A stretch of DNA of 64,000 bases from Candidatus Omnitrophota bacterium (GTDB lineage: Bacteria > Omnitrophota > Gorgyraeia > Zapsychrales > Zapsychraceae). Below are positions 59,285 to 64,000 of the stretch, one piece after another. Numbering within the stretch: position 1 is the first letter of the stretch; the number at the start of each line of letters is the position of its first letter. The notes beneath the pieces are model-generated. The model was not told the DNA's origin, searched no databases, and was given only the letters and a program-made list of their open reading frames with translations. The stretch is taken from assembly GCA_003528115.1 (NCBI GenBank), contig DOGZ01000006.1:64076-128075 (forward strand), given 5' to 3'. A program made the position numbers and the translations under genes.

Positions 59285-61516
59285 TTAACCTTTAAAACCT
59301 AAAATCAATCCTCCCTGGTAGACGATGAACGCCACTATCCAAGCCAGACTGATGCCATAGACAACCGCAAACAGTGTCCATCGAGCTGAACCAAGTTCGC
59401 GGTACATGATTCCCATTGTTCCCAGGCATGGGATGTAAATAAGGGTAAAAAACATAAACGCTAAGGAGGTGAGAGGCGTCATATTTCGTTTGACAGCTTC
59501 TCTTAATCCATCACTCTTTTCATTCTCTTCTACGCCGGTTTGGTAAAGGACGCCAAATGTAGAGACGACAATCTCTTTCGCCGCTATGCCTGTTATCAAC
59601 GCGATCCCGGCTTTCCAATCAAAACCCAAAGGTCTTAAAACAGGTTCTATAAATTTACCGATCCGGCCAGCATAACTTTTGGATATTCGTTCGTTTTCTT
59701 GCTGAGCTTGAATTGTGTCAATCTGGGATGTTTTCTCAGCAGTAATAATTTCTATTTCCTCCGGGTTGTTTAGCGTGGCCATACGGCTGTCATATTGGGT
59801 TTCTATAGAGGCGACGCGCTCGCTATAATTTTTTGAATACTCAACGTTTCGAGGAAATGCCGAAATAAACCATATGACGATAGAAGCCGCGAGGATAATC
59901 CCTCCTATTTTTTCTAGAAAAATGGACCCTTTTTCCCACATGTGAATGAGGACACTTTTAAGCAAAGGAAGCCTATACGGCGGGAGTTCCATAACAAACG
60001 GCGAGGCCTCACCTTTAAAGATAGTTTTTCGAAAAAGTTGACCAACGAGAATGGCAAGAACAATTCCCGTGACATAAATCCCGAATATGACATTCCCCGC
60101 CTTTTCTTCAAAGAAAGCCCCGGCTAAAAGAACATAAACGGGAAGCCTCGCGCTGCAACTGATCAATGGATTGATCAAAATCGTTATCATCCTGTCTGTT
60201 TTGTTTTCTAAAGTTCTTGTCGCCATGATCGCGGGGGCGTTGCACCCGAAACCCATAATCATCGGAATAAAAGATTTTCCGTGAAGTCCGATGGTATGCA
60301 TGACCCTGTCCATAATAAAAGCGGCCCTGGCCATATAACCCGTATCTTCAAAAAGGGAAATAAAAAAGAAAAGGATTAGGATATTCGGTAAATAGACCAA
60401 AACGCCTCCTACTCCTGAAATAACGCCATCGACAACAAGATCCCTAACAAGGCCCTCTGGGATGATATTGGTAAAAAAACTGCTGATCATTCCCACGAGA
60501 CCATCAATCCATTCCATGGGATAAGAGCCTACGGTGAATGTCGCTTGAAACATCACCCAAAGTAAACCAAAAAGGATCGGGACGCCTAGAAAGCGGTTCG
60601 TCATGACTTTGTCGATCCTATCCGATATCGTTCGTCGATCAGCATTTCGATGACGATAGACTTCTTGCAGAAGTCCTTTAATAAATCCGTAACGGTTGTC
60701 GGCCATGATGATTTCGGTTTCATCGTTCAACCGGATCTCAATGTGAGTTTGACTTTTTTCAACCTGTTTCAAAATGGCGTCTTGATTTGGAAAGGTGCTG
60801 CGAATTTCCTTAACGATTTCATCATCGCGTTCAAGGAGTTTTACGGAAAGCCATCTGGTTGAGAATCCGTCAAGTAATCCCCTGTCTTTGTTGATCTCTG
60901 TTTGAATCTTTTGGAGCTCTTCTTCTACCTCATGGCCGTAGTTAATCTGTTGGTCTCGCACCAAAGGCTCTTTTTTCTCATAGATGGCAACAACCTCTCC
61001 CAGTAATTCTCTAATCCCATGACCCCTGTTACCAACCGTAGGAATGATCGGCATCCCTAAAAGCTGACCGAGTTTTTTCTTATCAATGCTGATCCCTTTG
61101 TGTTCGGCTTCGTCATGCATATTAAGAGCGATGACCGTTTTGGCCCCAAGCTCAATTAATTGTGTTGTTAAGTAGAGATTTCGTTCCAGGTTGGTTGAGT
61201 CAATAATATTGACGATCACATCCGGCTTTTCCTTAATAATAAAATCCCGGGCAACAACCTCTTCGATAGAATACGCTGTCAAACTATATGTCCCCGGGAG
61301 ATCAACAACCCTTATCTCATACTCCCCAAAATTGACCTTCCCTTCTTTCTGTTCAACCGTTACCCCCGCCCAATTCCCGACATGCTGACGGCTTCCGGTC
61401 AACGCGTTGAAAATACACGTTTTCCCCGAATTAGGATTTCCACAAAGACCGATTTTGATTATCTTTCTTTTCTGTTCCACATTAGACTTCTTTTCAGAGG
61501 TGGTCTCAGTTAACAT
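59285..61516 (-). CDS. feoB: ferrous iron transporter B
   Basis: GNPNSGKT, VGNWAGVTVE, DLPGTYSL, GFGC, SCSARLP. Confidence 0.96.
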   Translation of the reverse strand: MLTETTSEKKSNVEQKRKIIKIGLCGNPNSGKTCIFNALTGSRQHVGNWAGVTVEQKEGKVNFGEYEIRVVDLPGTYSLTAYSIEEVVARDFIIKEKPDVIVNIIDSTNLERNLYLTTQLIELGAKTVIALNMHDEAEHKGISIDKKKLGQLLGMPIIPTVGNRGHGIRELLGEVVAIYEKKEPLVRDQQINYGHEVEEELQKIQTEINKDRGLLDGFSTRWLSVKLLERDDEIVKEIRSTFPNQDAILKQVEKSQTHIEIRLNDETEIIMADNRYGFIKGLLQEVYRHRNADRRTISDRIDKVMTNRFLGVPILFGLLWVMFQATFTVGSYPMEWIDGLVGMISSFFTNIIPEGLVRDLVVDGVISGVGGVLVYLPNILILFFFISLFEDTGYMARAAFIMDRVMHTIGLHGKSFIPMIMGFGCNAPAIMATRTLENKTDRMITILINPLISCSARLPVYVLLAGAFFEEKAGNVIFGIYVTGIVLAILVGQLFRKTIFKGEASPFVMELPPYRLPLLKSVLIHMWEKGSIFLEKIGGIILAASIVIWFISAFPRNVEYSKNYSERVASIETQYDSRMATLNNPEEIEIITAEKTSQIDTIQAQQENERISKSYAGRIGKFIEPVLRPLGFDWKAGIALITGIAAKEIVVSTFGVLYQTGVEENEKSDGLREAVKRNMTPLTSLAFMFFTLIYIPCLGTMGIMYRELGSARWTLFAVVYGISLAWIVAFIVYQGGLILGFKG

Positions 61517-61749
61517 TGCCTTCCTCCTTCAATCATATCAATATGAATGTGAAGAGCCATCGTTCTGTCTAACGCCATTCTTGTGTTTTCTAATTTGATA
61601 ATAAGGTTATTGCCGAAGGTTTGCTGAAGGATCTCAACAGAATTTCCCAATAAAAATCCTAGCTCTGTTAGATACTGTCTCAAGTTTGAATGCCCGGTTA
61701 ATTTCACGATCTTCGCTTTCTCACCGATACCTAATAAGGTTAGCGGCAT
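61510..61749 (-). CDS. feoA: ferrous iron transport protein A
   Basis: LTELGF..G, RMALDR. Confidence 0.85.
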   Translation of the reverse strand: MPLTLLGIGEKAKIVKLTGHSNLRQYLTELGFLLGNSVEILQQTFGNNLIIKLENTRMALDRTMALHIHIDMIEGGRQC

Positions 61750-61764
61750 ACCGTGTCCCCCCTC

Positions 61765-61998
61765 TTATAATTTTTCAATAAACACATGTTTTGCTTCATC
61801 GCGTCTTAAAGACAAATGGTACCCTTTAAGAACTAATTCCATGGGATCACCCAAAGGCGCCACTTTCTCGACATAAATCTCAGTTCCTTTCACAAATCCC
61901 ATCTCGAGCAATCTCTTTTTGATTGCCCTGTCCCCAGCAATCTTTAGCACCTTACAATCTCCTTTTACAGCGAGCTCGCTTAAAATCGATTGTTCCAT
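61765..61998 (-). CDS. feoA: ferrous iron transport protein A
   Basis: RLLEMGFVKG, APLGDP, LSLRRDEA. Confidence 0.92.
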   Translation of the reverse strand: MEQSILSELAVKGDCKVLKIAGDRAIKKRLLEMGFVKGTEIYVEKVAPLGDPMELVLKGYHLSLRRDEAKHVFIEKL

Positions 61999-62098
61999 AG
62001 AAAATATCCTTTCCCGACATTGTTATGCCGATGACGCTTCGCGGTTTTTGTTCTCCATCCGATTCGCCACCGGCCCTCTCATGTTTCTTGCTTCTATT

Positions 62099-62122
62099 AT
62101 ATATGCACACATATTCATATAT
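62099..62122. promoter_or_regulatory. candidate ArsR/SmtB operator upstream of feoA
   Basis: ATATATG-N10-CATATAT; a related site lies at 62521. Confidence 0.55.
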
Positions 62123-62136
62123 ACAACTAAAAAAAA

Positions 62137-62508
62137 TCAGGCCTGCGTCACATGCCTTAATCCTTCCTCAAACAAACTATTAATATGCCCGTCATCTAGG
62201 GTGTAGTAAGCGACTTTTCCGTCTTTGCGGCATTTTACTAAACTCATATTTCTGAGCACTCTCAACTGATGAGAGATTGCGGACTGACTGATGCCTAAAA
62301 GTGAGGCGATATCGCACACACATAATTCCTCTTCTAAGAGAGCAAATATGATTTTCGTCCTTGTGAGATCCCCCAGCACCTTGAAAGTCTGAGCGACCTT
62401 AGTCATAACCACATCCGTCTTCATCTGCTTTTTGACAGCCGCGACTCTTCCTTTGTTTATACATAAAACTCCAAAGGAAATATTTTTTCTTTTGGATCTT
62501 TTGATCAT
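62137..62508 (-). CDS. ArsR/SmtB family metalloregulator (CadC/CzrA-like)
   Basis: FKVLGDLTR, ELCVCDIA, QSAISHQLR, LDDGHI...H. Confidence 0.9.
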   Translation of the reverse strand: MIKRSKRKNISFGVLCINKGRVAAVKKQMKTDVVMTKVAQTFKVLGDLTRTKIIFALLEEELCVCDIASLLGISQSAISHQLRVLRNMSLVKCRKDGKVAYYTLDDGHINSLFEEGLRHVTQA

Positions 62509-62520
62509 TTGCCCTCTTTT

Positions 62521-62573
62521 ATATATGCATATATGCTCATGCAAGAATATAGCCGACCTTTTATTTTTGTCAA
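62521..62573 (-). promoter_or_regulatory. arsR promoter with autoregulatory operator
   Basis: TTGACA at 62573-62568, a TATATT-like -10, then CATGAGCATATATGCATATAT. Confidence 0.55.
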
Positions 62574-62593
62574 GTTTTTAAATTATTTTTTCT

Positions 62594-63133
62594 TTACGCT
62601 TTCTTCCACTTATTAACAATCGCGCCGATTCTTTCCTGCACTTTGTTTTTCGCCTCGGCATCATTGAGGATTTGATCGACCAACGCCTGATGCTCTTCGG
62701 CCATGCGCAGGATATCGAGTTGCATTTCTTTATTTTTTTTCTCGAGCCGAAACTGCTCAACGGCATGCTTTAAAGGAAAAATAACCTTATCCTTATCGTC
62801 AATGGGTTTAAGGATGTAGTCAAAAGCGCCTTCGCGTACGGCTTCCTGACAGGATTCCAGCGTTCCGTATCCCGTCAGAAAAATGACAGGAATTTTTCTC
62901 TGCGTTTCGTTAAGATACCTCAGCAATTCGATGCCCGGTTTTTTAGGCATTTTTAAATCACTGATAATCGCTTCGACATCGGTTTCGTTTTCCAGGACTT
63001 TTACGGCGTTATCGACCGAATCCGCCAGAGAGACATTAAATCCACACTCGGTTAATAATTCACCCAGCGATTCCCGTATGGCCTCTTCGTCATCGACCAG
63101 CAAAACCCGCCTTTTTAATATATCCTTTGCCAT
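62594..63133 (-). CDS. response regulator (REC with coiled-coil tail)
   Basis: LLVDDE, SDLKMP, LTGYG, YILKP. Confidence 0.9.
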   Translation of the reverse strand: MAKDILKRRVLLVDDEEAIRESLGELLTECGFNVSLADSVDNAVKVLENETDVEAIISDLKMPKKPGIELLRYLNETQRKIPVIFLTGYGTLESCQEAVREGAFDYILKPIDDKDKVIFPLKHAVEQFRLEKKNKEMQLDILRMAEEHQALVDQILNDAEAKNKVQERIGAIVNKWKKA

Positions 63134-63150
63134 GATTCCTCCTCCAAGTT

Positions 63151-63999
63151 TTACAAAAGTTTCCATTCGCCTTTCAGGGATTCAGCGAGTTCTCCATCCG
63201 TGGATAAAATTTTATCCTTTCCGATAGGGAGCACAAAATAAAAAATCTTCCTCGCGTTGTTCAACGGCGTAAAACCGATCAAGCCGTTATGATTTTTAAT
63301 AATGTTATAACAAACGGAAAGGCCTAGACCCGTCCCTTTCCCGGGTTCTTTCGTCGTAAAAAAGGGGTCGAAAATATTTTCCTCCGTGCCGGTTTTCACA
63401 ACGATGCCGTTGTCGATAATCCCGGTAAGGATGCCTTTGCCGTCTTTTAATTTTTTGGAAACGATGTCGATGGTGCCCCCTTCTTTTTGATTAAAGTGTT
63501 CGTCCACGGCATCGCGGGCATTGACTAAAAAGTTAATAACCACATCCTGAATCTGATACCGGTCGATGGGAATGGCGGGAAGCTCTTTTTCAAGATTCAT
63601 CGTTACCGCAATATTATGATCTTTAAGTTGTTGCCCTAAAAGGAAAACCCCATCGGTAATAGGACGATTGACATCTCCTTCAATAAACCCTTCTTTGCGG
63701 CTGCCGGAATAATCGTGGATCCGTTTAACAATCGTGCCCAGCCGGACAAATTGGTCTTTAATCTTGATGATTTTTTCTTTAAGCGCGGGATGACTGATGA
63801 TGTCTTTGTTCATCAAAAGAGATTCCATGTGTGTTGAGATCGCCATTAAGGGTTGGTTCATTTCATGCGCGACCCCAGCGCCCAATTCACCGACCGCGGT
63901 CAATTTTGCTGCCTGCAAAAGCTGAGCCTGCTGGGTTTTCACCTGTTGACGAAGTTTTTGGTTCTCCAGCGCTCTTTTGATGTTCAGACTTAGCTCGTC
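63151..63999 (-). CDS. sensor histidine kinase (5' end outside the window)
   Basis: AHEMNQP, NARDA, FDPFFTTK..GKGTGLGL; frame stays open to the window edge. Confidence 0.9.
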   Translation of the reverse strand, partial: DELSLNIKRALENQKLRQQVKTQQAQLLQAAKLTAVGELGAGVAHEMNQPLMAISTHMESLLMNKDIISHPALKEKIIKIKDQFVRLGTIVKRIHDYSGSRKEGFIEGDVNRPITDGVFLLGQQLKDHNIAVTMNLEKELPAIPIDRYQIQDVVINFLVNARDAVDEHFNQKEGGTIDIVSKKLKDGKGILTGIIDNGIVVKTGTEENIFDPFFTTKEPGKGTGLGLSVCYNIIKNHNGLIGFTPLNNARKIFYFVLPIGKDKILSTDGELAESLKGEWKLL

Positions 64000-64000
64000 A

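Overview
Bacterial chromosomal window, probably Candidatus Omnitrophota (inferred from the giant-protein architecture and the magnetosome gene layout; not verified by search). Left to right it contains: a GH57/GT4/CBM48 alpha-glucan operon; a PAS-GAF-GGDEF protein; a 2266-aa probably exported protein carrying TIM-like, class II FBP aldolase and enolase domains separated by D-x-A-hydrophobic linkers; molybdate and sulfate ABC transporters; a membrane pyrophosphatase; a ~20.5 kb minus-strand magnetosome gene cluster (mamI, mamE, mamP, probable mamL, mamM, mamB, mamA, mamQ, PDZ-mamN-like, mamO-Cter, HEAT/coiled-coil tail, no recognisable mamK); a partner-switching module; a porin/FMN-binding/P1B-ATPase operon; feoA-feoA-feoB behind an ArsR regulator; and a two-component pair. 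The strongest novelty candidates are the modular glycolytic 'cargo' polyprotein and unusual parts of the magnetosome cluster. All family calls come from motif recognition by eye.
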